From the NCBI GenBank assembly GCA_002314565.1, contig DCGL01000116.1, positions 1 to 45,182 on the forward strand: a stretch of DNA of 45,182 nt, given 5' to 3'. This document shows, piece by piece, positions 25,801-40,800 of the stretch; the first letter of the stretch is position 1; the number at the start of each line of letters is the position of its first letter. The translations under genes and the position numbers were made by a program. This DNA is from Clostridiales bacterium UBA1779 (GTDB taxonomy: Bacteria; Bacillota; Clostridia; Oscillospirales; CAG-272). The notes under the pieces were generated by a model. It had not been told where the DNA came from and did no database searches. It saw only the letters and a list, made by a program, of their open reading frames with translations.

Positions 25801-28800
25801 ACCAATCCGGACAGCAAATACAATAAAATACTTGATTATTCATATATTCAGGAACACAATATCAACGAGAATTTTTACTATCAGTATTATCAGCCTTATC
25901 TTATCATTAACGGAGATACTGTATTAAATCAGGGATTTATTCTCGCCTCTGATGAGCTTGGTTATAAATCGGACGCCTTTGTTTTGCTTGTCCGTATAGA
26001 CAAGCTCAATCCGACAGCAAGCGTTCGCTATGTCGGAAGCTACAATACAACCGAATTTACGGATTTTACAAGCCTTGCAGTTTACAGAGCTGCATTCAGG
26101 GCGGAATTCTCGAAGGCCGATCCGACGGCAGCTGACGTTAACAGCAGTACGTCAGACGGTGTCAGCAGCGGTGTTGACCGCATTCTGGTACTGACTATTG
26201 ACGGAACCGAATCCTTTATGCAGGGACATGCGCTTGACAATCAGGCATGGATGTATGCTCCCGAGTCTGCATGGAAGACAATTACCGTTGCCAGCGCCTC
26301 TGCAAGTGATTACTTTGTGAAAATTACCGAAGAAGCAAAGACAGGTGCATTCTTCCTGAGATCAATAGACAATGCCGGAAACGTTTCCGATGTAGCGTGG
26401 CATACTTTTGCGGAAGATACCGAGACAGGAGTACTTAACGGAAAGTCCCCCTGGTATCTGCTTGACTCAAGTGCCCCTGAAATCACGTTCACCTACGTTC
26501 CTTCGGGCGCCGTGGCTTATCAGAAGGATGACATCGAAACCGACTATTCTCTTGTCACAGACATATCCTCACTGACGGAAGCCGTATGGCTTGCATATGA
26601 CTATGTCGAACAGGATATTCAGTTTACTGTAAATGAGAACATTTCAGGACTGAAATCAGTATATTGGACGCTTGACAACGGAGCACGGCATAATCTTGAA
26701 TTTACACCGAACAATACTGGAGAATATAACTTTTCAATTCCGGTTACCGATGAATACGGATTTATCAATCTGGATAACGGTGAACGAACTATCAGAATTT
26801 TTGCCGTTGATAAAGTCAACCACACCAAGGAAATCAAGATAACTATCCGCAAAGACAGTGCAGAACCGGAAATAATCATTGAAAAACACTGGGATGACGC
26901 CGTAAACAAATATGAGCAGACAAGACAGTTTGATATTCTGCTCGTAAACGATACTGACGAGGCTTCGCCTCTTCAGTCAATCAAGGTTACAAGCAATTAC
27001 AACAAAGATATTTACTATTTCAGTCAAACTGCAACCCAATCATCGGCGACAACCTATGCCAAATTCAAAGATGACGGTGAGGGTGGATTACAGCTCGATT
27101 ATACGTACAAGATTTATACCCTGCCAATGCAGAGTCGTTTTGTCGGTTCTGACGGAATAACCTATTATAAGGCTGAATTTGTCGCAACGTACTGCTCACC
27201 TCTCGTTGAGTATACAGTTGAAGTCAAGAGAAAAGCAAGAACAACGGTTGAGTATGAAACGGAGTATCATTCACAGACCGTTACCGTCAACAATGTCAAT
27301 TACCGGGAATATGTCGGAACCCAGTCACAGACGCTCGGACTCTATGTGACAAGCTCGGCAACTGTAGCGGTTCCTTACGTTGACAGCTATAAGCCGAAGC
27401 TGATTGTCAGTGCATATGAGGAAAAGAACAGCACCAACAAGGGCAATTATGTCAGCGGAACATGGACGACAAACGATATACGTTTTGTTTTCGAAAATGT
27501 CGGTACAAACTTCGGCAAGACAGAGCTTCACGGGTATACGGTTGACAGCTCGGGAAATCGGATTGAAGAATATTTTAATGCATCGGTTTCTTCAACTGCC
27601 TGGCTGATTGATGAAATCAACAGAAGCGGTACAATTCTCTCAAAACCTTCAATTCAGAATTATTACGTAGCTGCCGACGGAGCGTTTCTTGAAAAAACGG
27701 TAACCTTCTATCTTTTGACTCAGTCGGGAAAGAAGTCAAATGAAGTCACCTATACCATACGTATTGATAAAGAAAAACCAATAATCCAGGAATACGGAAC
27801 GGCCGACACCACGTTTATCAAGAAATTGATAAGCCAGGCCACCTTCAACCTGTTCTACAACAACGTTGATATCGACGTCACCGTACAGGACCTGGGAAGC
27901 GGCTTCGACAACAAGGACGGCAGTATTGCAGTCGGTAATATAGGTGCGGCTCAGGGCTCCAATTACAGCAACGTCATAATGACGCTCTATCCCGTACAGC
28001 TCAGTGAAAGCAACAGCTATAAGGGTAACGAGAACACTTATACGGTTCAGAGCTTCACCCACGAAAGTCAGAAAATCGCAATAAAATATACAGACAGCAC
28101 TAAAGCCACGGCATATATGAAGATATATGCCTCTCAGAGCAGAATCAAGAAGAACTCTGACGGAACGTATACCATACGTTTCGTTCTGCGCGATGGCTTT
28201 GATTTCAGAGGTAATATTTCTGTTGAAGCGATTGATGCGACCGGAAACTCGGATACTCTTTCAATGAGAGCAACCGAGCTTGTATACGTCGACCACCGTA
28301 AACCGAAGCTCGATATTACGTATTCTGAGCCCAACGAAACGCTGTATTCGTCCGGCATCTGGGCAAATTCCGACATCATTGTAAATCTTCAGAATATCCG
28401 TGATGAGGGACTTTTCCCCTCTGAAATCAAGGAAATTCAGTGGTATATTTCAGACAGCAGCGATTTTTCAGTGGCTGCCGGAGAAACAATAAACGTTATT
28501 CCGATAGGCTCGTCCGGGGTTGTTCTTGATACTTCTTCGGGAATCAAGAAATACAGTTACAGCTTCCTCGCATCCCTCGCAGGTTCACACACGGAAGATG
28601 GCAGCCGTTGGCTCGTTGTAAGAGTATACGATAATTCCGGCAACCTTACGACAGTTACACGAAAGCTTGAAAGAGACAGTTATGCCCCGACGATTACGTC
28701 CTTCGGCGTTAAAAATGACACCGAGAACAAAATTGTCCCGTCATCTGCGGCAGACACCTATACCGTCGGGTCCGATGCCTTCTTAATGGCAGGGGATATT

Positions 28801-31800
28801 CTCGAAATCGGGTTTACAAAGCCTAATACCAACTCGCCTCTGTGGCTCAATGTCAATTTCGTATACACTGATCCGAACAACGGAACACAGAAAACGGCAG
28901 ACATCAAGCTGCCTCTTGAATATTATGCTTCACTCGGATACTCGTATCCGGGGGGGAGCCTTGTTTCCACGGCCGAATTCGAGATTCCTCACTTTGCAGT
29001 AAACGGAAACGGTGAGCTGACTCCCGTCTGGGGTAACAAGGTGCCGGGGGATGATTATATCAGCCCGAACGGAGTATATACATTCACTCTGTGTGCAGGT
29101 AATAACAACCCTGCAGTATCCGACAGCATTGCGTTTGATTCCATTGTCAACGGACAGGCAAGAATCGATGACGATCCGCCTCTGGATCCCATTGTCGAAA
29201 ATTCATCGGCTTTCCTTGTATGGCACAATTTCGACAGACTTGATGACGTTGAAATCGGTTATGAAGAAACCTTCGGTTCTCAGGAACGTCTGGAAGCAGC
29301 CGTAATATCAGGATATGTAAGCGATCCCTCATACATCGGTTCTTCAGCTGCTTTTGTTACACTTACTCAGTATTCGGAGTGGCAGGGAAACAGAAATATC
29401 ACATTTACCCTGACAAAAGAAGCAATTTTTGCTATGCTTATGGGGTCACTTGATATATCCAATGCATATAATCCTTATACTCAGATATACACTCTGGCTC
29501 TGCGGGTAACCGACCGTGCAGGCGGAAAGAGTAACGTTATTCTTCAGACAATCAAGATAGATAACCAGATACCGTGGTTTGAAAACACAAGTGAAACCCA
29601 GAAACCCCTGAGCTTCTGGAACAGTGCAAACAAATCCGGAAATGCAAACGCTTATCTCGGTCGTCCGTATATTGATTACGGATACGACTATTATCTTCGT
29701 GTGTCAAATGCGGTTTACGTATTTGCATACGGAAAAGACTTATCTCAGAGTGTTCAGTATTTCGGTGATCAGGCGGGACAGATAAAAGTATATTGGTCCA
29801 CGTCGAATCCCGGTTCATATGTCGGTCACGAAAGTGAATGGACAGAGCAGATTCAGAATGCTCTGACGGCAACGGCAGCAGCAAACGGTGAAACGACCCT
29901 GTATTACGTCGTTGTCGACGAGGCTTTGAATGAAAGCCCGGTAATGACATGCCGCATACTGCTTAATGCCGCTGTGCCTGCGGTTAACAGCATTGATGTA
30001 CAGCGCGAAGAAAACAGATATAATTCCGCGCTTGTCAGTGTTGATGATATCACGTACGGACGTTCTGCCGCCGGTGTAAATGACTGGGACTTCAGATACG
30101 TCAAATTCACAATCAATGCAAGTGCCACCGATTCTTCTGGAATAATTGACCATTATTCTTATCAGTACAGCGTTGACGGAGGCAGTTATTCACAGTGGAT
30201 AGATATCGTTCCCTCGTCTGCCGCCGGGGATAAGTATACCCTTGTACTTGATGAGGAATTCGGTGAAACACTGAACAGCATAAGTGTAAACGGAAACGTG
30301 AACTTCAAGTTCCGTGCCGTTACACTGACAGGCGCAACCAGCAGTGACTATCCGATTCTGAACATAAAAAAGGATGATATTACACCTGAAATTGTCGTGG
30401 GCGTCAGTGCAAATGCAGTTGACTGGACAAATGAAGACGTTGTATTCACTCTTTCCAACAGTTCTGCCAACAAGGCTCCCGTTACTTATTTCGTAAAAGT
30501 CGGAGCCGGCGAATACGTTGCTCTTACGGAAAACGGACAGCATGTCGTATATGACAGCGATCACAATCTGTATGCCGTCTGGGACAGTGCTCAAAGCAAG
30601 CTGACATTCCCCTGCGACGCTTACTGCCTGCCCGTAGAGTTCAGAATTGAAACCGATGCCGGTCTTTTCGATAACAGTTCAAGCACTCTTCTCAAAATAC
30701 AGAAAACAACAGGTCACCTTCCCGTTATCAACCGTGACCTTTATCTTGACGCTTCGACAGATCCCAGTTCTTCGAGATACTCGATAAGCGTTGCATCGGG
30801 AGCAATCCATACCTGGTTCAACACCTGGTACAATTCCGGCGATTCAGCTCCCGTAATTTCCGTACTCAGTTCGGGAATTTTCTTCAGCGCCTCAACAGCC
30901 CCCGTATATCTGAACTGGAGTATTGACGGTGTCGCGTCAAGTGCTCTGATTTCAAGCAGTGCGTCCGGTGACGTTGCAGTATACGATTTCTCGGATAACG
31001 GAACCATCCGCGAGGATGCGGTTCACAATATTTCCGTATGGCTCAGTGATGCTGCCGGAAATATCGGAGCACACACGAACGTTACGGTCAGCGCTGACTT
31101 TACGGCTCCTTCTTCAGTGGGAATCAAACGGGCTGCTGAAACCTGGGCCGGAAAGATATATACGGTTCTCAATGACCTGACCTTCGGTATTCTCTTCAAG
31201 AAGAGCTCGAACGTTGCTCTGAAGGTCGAAACCAATGCTCTCGTATCCGGTGTCGGATCCATCTGGTATATCGTCGATACAAGTGCGGGCGCACTGGCTC
31301 TTTCTCAGAACGGCAGAAGTGCCGAAGATCCCGGTTGGATTTCATATTCAGAGAATACCGGTATAGCCTTCTCATCCAATGACACAGGTGTTGTCTGGAT
31401 TAAGGTTGTTGATAAGGCCGGCAACATTACGCTTGCTTACACCGATATCACAATGTTTGAATCCGAAGCTCCCGCTGTCAGCTTCACAGTAGATGAAAGC
31501 ACAGCGTTTGTTCAGGACAGTGACAACTCGCAGATTACAAATGACGGCGGAAACACTTACTACGGTGTTGCACCTCTGCTGAACATCCATGCACAGGAAA
31601 ACACAAGCGACTCGATTCCCGATTCCGGTTTATGGTATATTAAGGTTGAGGAAAAGAATCTTTCAACAAACGCAATAGTTTCAACGACGGAGCGTTATCT
31701 TATCAACGCAACGGAGAGCATAGATTCTTCGGCGACAATATTTGCAGAAGTCGGCAGTATGACTGAGGACTTCAGTTATACCGTACGCAATGAAGGCAAT

Positions 31801-34800
31801 ATCAGAGTAACAGTCACAGTCCGCGACCGAGCAGGAAATGAAAGCACCGCAACTGCCGATTATCTTATCGATACTCACGATCCCGCTCTCAACGTATCTC
31901 TTTATTCTGATAGCAAGACTTACAATTACGTCAATGACGATATTGAAAGCGGCTGGACTTCCAAGAATGTCACGGTAAGACTGGCTTCTCCGGGCAACAT
32001 ATCCCCGGTATATTACAGCTATACAACTGACAACGGTCAGAACTGGGTTGACCTGAGCGCCGGTACGACACAGTACGTTATTTCCACTGACTACAATGAG
32101 AGTGTGATTTTCAAGGCGACCTCACTGTCAGGTCACGTTACAAGTTCTGCAGTATATGATATCAAGATTCAGAAGACTGCTCCGAGCCAGATTTACGGAT
32201 ACCTTGACAGCTCGTCTGTACAGATTTTCGGAACTACGTCAATCTATGTCAACAGCAGCGGAGTCGATGAAATCAACGTCCCCGATTCACAGAGCGGCTG
32301 GTACAATAAGGATCTCAGCGTAGCTCTTACAGCCGTATACAACAGGCTGCGTATGGAAGGTTCGAACGCAAGAGCTCAGGCTCCCGTTACCACATACTTT
32401 ACTTTGCGCCGTGCAGACAACGATACGTCCACAGACACTTCATTCGTTGCAAGCGGAAGCATTCACGTGGTCTGCCTTCCCGGCTCCGGCGGAATCGAGC
32501 AGTTTGCCGTTACCCTGAACGGTGACGATACCGTTTACACTTCAATTGACAAGGCGGTTGAAAGATTTGCTCTTGTCAACAGTTCCGCAACGGTGACCGA
32601 CGGTGTATATATGATAAGCGTATATGCAAAGGACGCCGCAGGCTCAACGACAAACCAGGATATTCTTCACTTCAAGGTTGATACCACAGCCCCGACAAAC
32701 GGCTCAATGGTTGAGACTGTCAAGACCGGTACACCGAGTATTCTTCGTCAGATTCTCAATACACTGACGTTCAATCTTGCTTTCCAGTCAACAATTGAAG
32801 TTCAGGCAAGTGCCGATTTCGACATTTCCGGAAGAAGATATCTTCAGTATATGGAAGTGCCCGTCAGCACGCAGGAACAGTACGATTATCTGACCTCTCT
32901 TGAGGATTATTCGACAATCGATATTTCTCAGTTCCCCGGGCATTCGGAATGGACAAATGTATCCTCAGAAGACAAGATGTATCACGTCGGTACCGGCGGC
33001 TTCCTCGGTATTTATCTCTTAAAGGCAACCGACCAGGCAGGAAACGTCACAATATTTACGTCTGACGGCGTTATTATTGATATGACCTCCCCGACCATCA
33101 ATATCACACATACTTACGGACGTCTGGTGGCAACGGGAAGCTCAGCTGTGGTTTCTTCGGACGGCATTACGGATGAGCCTTTTGAGGTCGCGAATGACAC
33201 AAGCTGGTATAGGCACGGCAGAATCAGAGTCGTTATCAATGAAGACGGCTCCGGTGTCGATTATGTCCAGGTTTCAAAGGTCGATTCCCGCGGAACAACC
33301 GTCAACGTAACAAAGATTTCCGGAAAGCAGCTGGCATATCTTAACGGTCAGGATGAAACCAATGCGGCTTATGCTTTCGGTGTATACAAGAACAATCCGA
33401 ACGGAAGCAGTCTCATACTCAATTACAATACAGAGCATGATTACTGGGCCGAGCGCGATAGTCTGGTATACAATACTGCCAATGATACGATAGATGACAA
33501 CGGAGTATATTCATATACATTCACGGTATATGACCGTTCCGGCTTCGTGGGAACGACACTCACACTGAGCAACATGCTTCAGATAGACAATGCCGAACCG
33601 AAGCTTGTTGTCACACCGCATAATTATATTGACAATACATGGACAAATGAAACCGTAACGTTTACACTTAACGTTTCGGCAATCACAGCCGGAAAGAGCA
33701 TTTCTTCCCCGATTACTTTCTGGTACAGCAATGACAGCGGAGCAAGCTGGACTCAGCTTGCCGCCGATGCAAATAACCGCACACAGGCAACGCTTGTCCT
33801 TGACAGTGATACTAATGCAAATTACAAATTCAAGGCCCTTGTCGGCGGTCAGGCAACCGGTGCTCTGACAGATGTCAGCGCAAACTTCGTCTGCTACAAC
33901 TGGTCTGACCCGGTAAATCAGACCGGTGAAACCACTTTCAATGTAAAAATTGAAAAGCTTGATGCAAACGAGATAGTATGGCAGAACAGCGCTGTTCGGC
34001 TTTACAATGCCTCGACAGACGAGCTTATGTCAGACAGCTTCGAAAATGCCTGCTGTTCAGGAAATGAATTCTGGTACAGAATCGATTCAGAGGATACGGA
34101 GCACACGGTTCTCGGTTCTTCCTCCAATCTCAGGCTCGAAGTATCTCTGCCTCAGCCTCTGAGCACAGCTCATGCTCCGATGGAGACTGCATACACCCTG
34201 TATTACTATGCCGACAGAGACAAGCCGGATTCGCTGAGTAACAGACAGATTGCCGCATCAGGCGTCTGGGGTTCGTTTACTGAAACGGTGCTTGCCGGCG
34301 TACTTACTTTGTCAAGCGACGGTATTTACGAATTGTATCTTGAAACCCGCGACGCAACGTATGAGACGAAGACCCGCGGACTGATTTCAACGTACAACAA
34401 CCGTACGCACACGTACAGTCAGGTTAAACTTGACCGTGAGCAGCCGCTGGTAACCGGTATTTCAATCAATAACGTCAACTTTACTCCTCTTGCATCAATA
34501 GTCAATTCGCTGACCTTCGGCGTCTTCTTCAAGAGAGACATTCAGCTGAACGTAACATCAACGTATGGGGCATCCTGCCGCGCGGCTCTGTATTATCAGT
34601 TTGTAAATCAGCCTTCCGGTTCAGTCGATACTCCCGCTTATAATGATTCCGACTGGATTGCATTTGCAGCCGGAGCAGATAACGTTTCAGTCAATATGCC
34701 TTCGGATTTCCGCGGCGTCGTATTCATCAAGGCAGTTGACAATGCAGGAAACGAATCTATCGAATGGATGACTGCCGGTCTTGTATCCGACGGTGTCGAG

Positions 34801-37800
34801 CCGACACTTTCGGTAAACGTCAGTGCAACGGGTGCTGCCCACAACGTAAGCGACGGCTGGACGGCGGGAACCGTCGAATCAAACAAGGTTACAACGGCAT
34901 GGCTCAACAGAATTGCCCTGCTCAAGGTAAATGCATCTGACGTCGTCGAAAATATGAACACACTGAAGACCGTAACCTGGACTGTCTCGGGACAGGTTTC
35001 ATCAAGCGGTGTATTCTATGACGTAAGCGGAGATATTTCGGGTACCGGTCCTGCCGTAATGACGGAACAGTCCCTTACCTTCGGCGGACAGAATGCGACA
35101 TTCCGCGATGACGGTGAATACGTCGTCACCGTAGTTGCCGAGGACCGCTCAGGCAACAAGACGACAAATTACGTCATTGTCAGAGTCGATATGACCGAGC
35201 CGACCGATCTCACGGTAACCGTCAACGGACAGTCAATCATCGGCCGCGCAAATACTCTCTTCATCAGAGAGATAGATCCCGACCATACGGCACTTTCAGC
35301 CAACGTCAACGTATCAGGACTTGAAAAGATTGAGTATCAGGTCACTGCAGTCGGGTCTTCCGCACAGGACGGAAGCTGGGTTGAATACAGTTCAACAACC
35401 TTTGCAGGTGAGCTTGTATCAAACAGCGCCACAGACAACAAGAATTTCGTAATTCATATCAAGGTAACCGATAATGCCGGCAACGTAAGCACGGCTGTCA
35501 GCGGAACCGTATGCTTTGATACAGTTGAACCGGAATTCACGGTTGAGGGAAATCCAGAATCGTGGACCGGTGAGGACATCACTCTCAGCGTAACGAATCC
35601 CACGGAAATCCTTTCGGGCGTTGATTCATACCGCTTCGTTATCAACGGCGCCGACGCAAGCACCGACTGGACAAGCTGGGACGGAAGCGGAACGGTCAGC
35701 ACCGTTATCGCGCTCAACTGCAGCGTCAAGGTTCAGGTTAAGGATAAGTCATGCAACATCGGAGAGGAAACTCTTGAGGTTGTTTATATTGATAAATCCG
35801 TTCCCGTAATCAACGACAGCTTTGCCGTTTCAAAATTCACAAAGAACGACTGGTTCAATTCAACCCAGACAGTCTATGCCGAGATGACAAAGACCGTCGG
35901 TGCTCCCGAATGGATTGAATACAGATACCGCACCTTCAACGACAGCGTCTGGTCAGAATGGTCCGGCTGGACTGCCGCGACAATGAGTGCCGACTGGCAC
36001 AGCGCTGCCTCCGGAGCCGTACTCAGCGGAGCCGTAAGCTTCGATACTGCAACCTACGGTCAGGAAGACGTTTGGGTTGAATTCAGAGTTACCGACTCGT
36101 CGGCCGTTCTGAGCTCCAACCACACCGTAAACGGAACCGAGAGCAACGGAACCGGCAGCGGTTCTTCAGGAATTTCCGGTATAGTCATAAGATACGACAT
36201 CAGTGCACCGGATGAAGCACGTCTCGATATCGTAACTAACGAAAGTACGCCGCGCAGCCTGCTCAACATTCTCACTTTCGGCTGGTTCTTCAACTCATCA
36301 CTCGGAATTACGGTTGTCCGTGACGTGGGCGGGGTCGATGCTTCCTCACGAAGCGGAGAAGCAAAGGTCGAATACGTCCTTATGGACGGAAGCGACGTGC
36401 CGGATGAAAACACGGTATGGAACACTTATACGGGAACCTTCTACATTAATCCCGATGCTCTTGTCGGCAACGGATATCAGGGTGTTATTTATGTAAAAGT
36501 AACCGATAACGCAACAAACTCAACTACTATCCACACAAAGCTTCTCACTGTCGAATCAAGAGTACCTCACGAGCCGACAGTTGTAAAGACCTCTGATTCC
36601 GCAGCTTATACAGATGCTTCATGGTCAGCAAACAACGTTGACTTCGATCTGTCATATGCGATGAATCCCGCAGGAGACATCAAGGCCGGTGTCGATTATT
36701 ACGAATATCGTTCTTCTTCTGACGGAAGCAGCTGGTCCGAGTGGACGGTTGCCTCATCAGCCGTAGGAAACGGAACGTATACTGATGTAATTTCAAACGG
36801 CCTGACCTCGCAGCTCTCTGCCAAGGTGCAGACGGGTTCGACGGCAATTTCATACTATCAGTTCCGAACCGTTTCAAAGTCAGATGTACACGGAACAGCA
36901 ACGCAGACCTTTACCGTAAAAACGGATAAGACAAATCCCGCACAGCCGACGGTCACAATGACCCCCATAGGCAGCAGTGCAGGAACTCCCGTTTCAAATA
37001 TCTGGTATAAGAACAACGTAATAAGCGTGGCCTTTACCCAGGACTTCGGTTCACCGATTCATACAGAATACAAGGTTGGAAACGGAGAATGGAACAACGT
37101 TGAAAACGGACAGGTAGTTGCTTCCAACGGTACCTTCACATACAGCTTCAGAACGGTTGATGAAGTAGGAAACGCATCTGAAGCTCTGGTTTACACAATC
37201 AGTGCAGATAACGGGGAACCCGCGTTTACCGTAACCCCAGTATACTTCAACGGAACCTCTGATGAAGCTTATGACGGCCGCTTTGCAAACGGCGGTTCTG
37301 ACGGAACGAACTACGTAAGATATAACTTTACTGCTTCTTCACTCGCTCCTTTCTGGAAGATTGAAGTATATGCGGATTCAGTCCTCGTTTCAACCCTTAC
37401 AGACGGAGCAGGACTTACAGTCACAGCAGTTTCCGGTGATGTGACAAAGAACTGGAATATTACCGGATATTATCAGGCTCCTTCCGTTGATACAGACGGA
37501 ATCGAATATACGTTCAAGGCTTATACGAGAACCGATTTTACGGGCAGCGTTGAATTCGGCAGAACTGAAGATACGAAGACGTTCAGATGGGATGCAACCA
37601 ATCCCGTAATCGGCACCGTAACATACAGACACGTAAACGGCGGTGACTTTGCTCAGGTCTTCAATTTCGTGACGTTCGGACTGTTCTTCAATGAGACGGT
37701 AAGAGTATACGTACCCGTAACAACGTCCTCGGCAACCTGCCTCGGCTCGGATCTTCAGAGCGTACAGTATAAGCTCGGTTCAGGCGCGTGGGCAGATGCA

Positions 37801-40800
37801 ACGGTAAGCGGAACAAACGGTTCTTTCGTTGCCACCTTCGACGTCGACCCTGCTTACACGGGAAGCGTAACAGTCAGAGTCCTTGACACGATTGTTTACG
37901 GTCAGGACAATTCGGATGAGCTCGGTATCGAAAAGATAACGGTTGATGACGAAGCACCCGAGCTTTCAATCACAGCGTCAAGAGATCCCAATGCCGACGG
38001 CTGGTACAATGCCTCGGTTGACTTCACCTTTGAAGCAAATGATACTCCTGCAGGCCTGCACCACGTAAATTACAGCATTTTCAATTCCGTAACGAACGCA
38101 CAGCTGCAGAGCGGTTCATTCGCGGCTTCGGCCGGCGACACCGAGGTGAGCACTTATTACAGCGACACGAACCAGATTTATACATCCGCTGACGACGGAT
38201 GGTACACGGCAAGCATTGAAGCTCAGGACTTTGCGGGCAATTCCGCAATACTCAGCTCTTCAATCAGGTTTGACAAGAGCCCGGCTGTCATTTCATCACT
38301 GTCAAAGGCTCCGAACAAGATCTGGCACAATGCCGACGTCGTTCTGACGCTCAGCGCAACCGACCATACATCGGGTATCAAGACGGTTGTCGTAACCTGC
38401 AATGACGATGCAACTGTAAACGAATCTCTCACAGTAGCGCAGGCACAGTCAAGCTTCAACTATACTGCAACGAAGACCGGTTATTACGTGTACACGGTAA
38501 CCGACTATGCAGGAAACGTAAGCTCTTCGGGTATTCAGGTCAATATCGACCGCACAACCCAGACGATTACGGGCTATACGCTTACTCCTTCCGGCTGGAC
38601 AAACGGAAACGTCAACGTAACGTTCAGCGTTTCCGAGACTGCGATTGAAGCACCGTACAGCGTCAGCGTTTCTACAGCCGACGGTGAACTTACGTCATCA
38701 AGCTTTGTTTCATCCTCGGGACTTACAACAGCCGCAAGCTTCACGTTTACGGCAAAGAAGTACGGAACTTACACCGTAACCGTTACCGATGATGCCGGAA
38801 ACACCGTAAGCACAAATACTTCAGTTAACGTACATAATATCGATAACACAAATCCGAAGGTTGATTCGATAACAGTCGGTTCAAGAGTACTGTCGCTCGC
38901 AGAGACAGGCTCCTCAGCAGTCTATACCGAATACTATGCCGGTAACACTGCGTTCGTTATCGCCGCATCCGACGTATACGTCGCGGGCGACGGACTGTCC
39001 GGAGTTGCAACCATTGAGCACAAGCTCATAACGGACGGTGTTGAAGAAGCCTCATGGCATACAGGCTCAAGTGCAGTTCTGATGCCTAACCATACCTATG
39101 TCGTTCTTGCAAGAATTACCGACAATGCCGGAAACGCAACAACAAAACGCACACCGGGCATCGTCGTTTATACTCAGCCGACTGCCGATGCATCTGCCTC
39201 TTACGTAAAGCATCACGGAGACGTTGACGTCAATACCGTTCCCGGAGGTCTTTCCCTCAGTGAAGCCGTTCTCAGCCTTGCAACAATACAGAAGCTGTCC
39301 GGAACCGGCTGGTACACGTATACGGATAACGTATTCACAATTAACGGCACGTCCCTCGATGCCCTTGCGGCTTCGGAATCCTACGTACTGAAACTGACGT
39401 GGAATCTCTTCGCTGCTCCCGCCGGCATCACATACGAAGGAACTCTTCCGACAATCACAACAAATACGACAGTATCCATCGGACTTGACAGCCGTACGAT
39501 AACGATTGATCCGACACAAATCAGCAAGACGTATGACAGTTATCCGGTAACGGCAGTCCGCAGCTCTGCTTTCAATTATCCCGGAGAGGGAAGCGAGAGC
39601 GTGACCTGGCAGAAAGCCGACGGAACTTCACTTGCCTCAGCCCCGACAGACGTTGGTTCGTACATCGTAACAGTCAGCGTCGGTGCCGATGCAAACTACA
39701 AGTCCGCAGTTGCGTCTTCTGCATTCACGATTTCAAACGCAGACTTCGTATCATATTCCGTTGCTTCAAACGGCATACTTACTTTCAACGGCGAAGCACA
39801 GGTTATCCCCGCTTCTTACAGCGCAACAACCGTCGGAACCAACACCGTCACGTATCTGTTCTCGGTTGACGGAGGAAACACATGGCGCATTCCTTCACAG
39901 ACCGTAGTGACGAATGCCGGAACTTATACGGTTATGTACAGAATTTCTGCCCCGAACCACAATGAGGTAACGGGAAGCTTTGAAATCTTCGTGGACAGAC
40001 TGGATATCAGCGGTTCAACGATTGCACTTGATACTTCAAGCTTCGTTTACAACGGCGGAACACAGTCAGTCAATATATCGTACGTCCACACGACGGGCGG
40101 TCTGAACGTAAGCTACGGCATAATATCCGGCAGCTCCGGTATGAATGCAGGCACATACACTCTTGTCGTCGAAGGAACCGGAAACTACCGCGGACAGACT
40201 TCAGTCAGCTGGACAATCACTCCTGCAACCCTGATTATCATACCGGATGACAACCAGTCAAAGGTTTACGGTCAGCAGGATCCGGCACTTACTTTCACAG
40301 TAAGCGGATGGCAGGGAAGCGATGAAGCAAATGCCGCAACGATTATCACAGGCGCTCTTGTAAGGGCAGCAGGTGAAACTGTCGGCAGCTATGCCATTAC
40401 TCAGGGTACAGTTGCGTCAACTGATGCAAACTACGTACTGAGCTTCGTTTCAGGCAAGACCTTTGCCGTTACAAAGGCTGAACTGGTAATTACGCCGAAC
40501 GCTGCGTCAAAGGTTTACGGACAGGCTGATCCCGTATTTACGTACTCCGTCTCAGGACTTATGAGAGGCGACAGCGAGTCGGTTCTCACGGGCGCTCTTT
40601 CAAGAGAGAACCTGTCGGCCCAGAACGTCGGAACCTATGCCATTACTCTCGGTACTCTTGCCGATACGACAGGCAACTACACGGTAAAGCTTTCAGGCAC
40701 TGCCGTTTACCTCACGGTAACGAAGAAAGCCCTGACAATCACCGCAAAGAACAAGAGCATTACTTACGGTGATGCCGCGGCAAATGACGGTGTGGACGGC

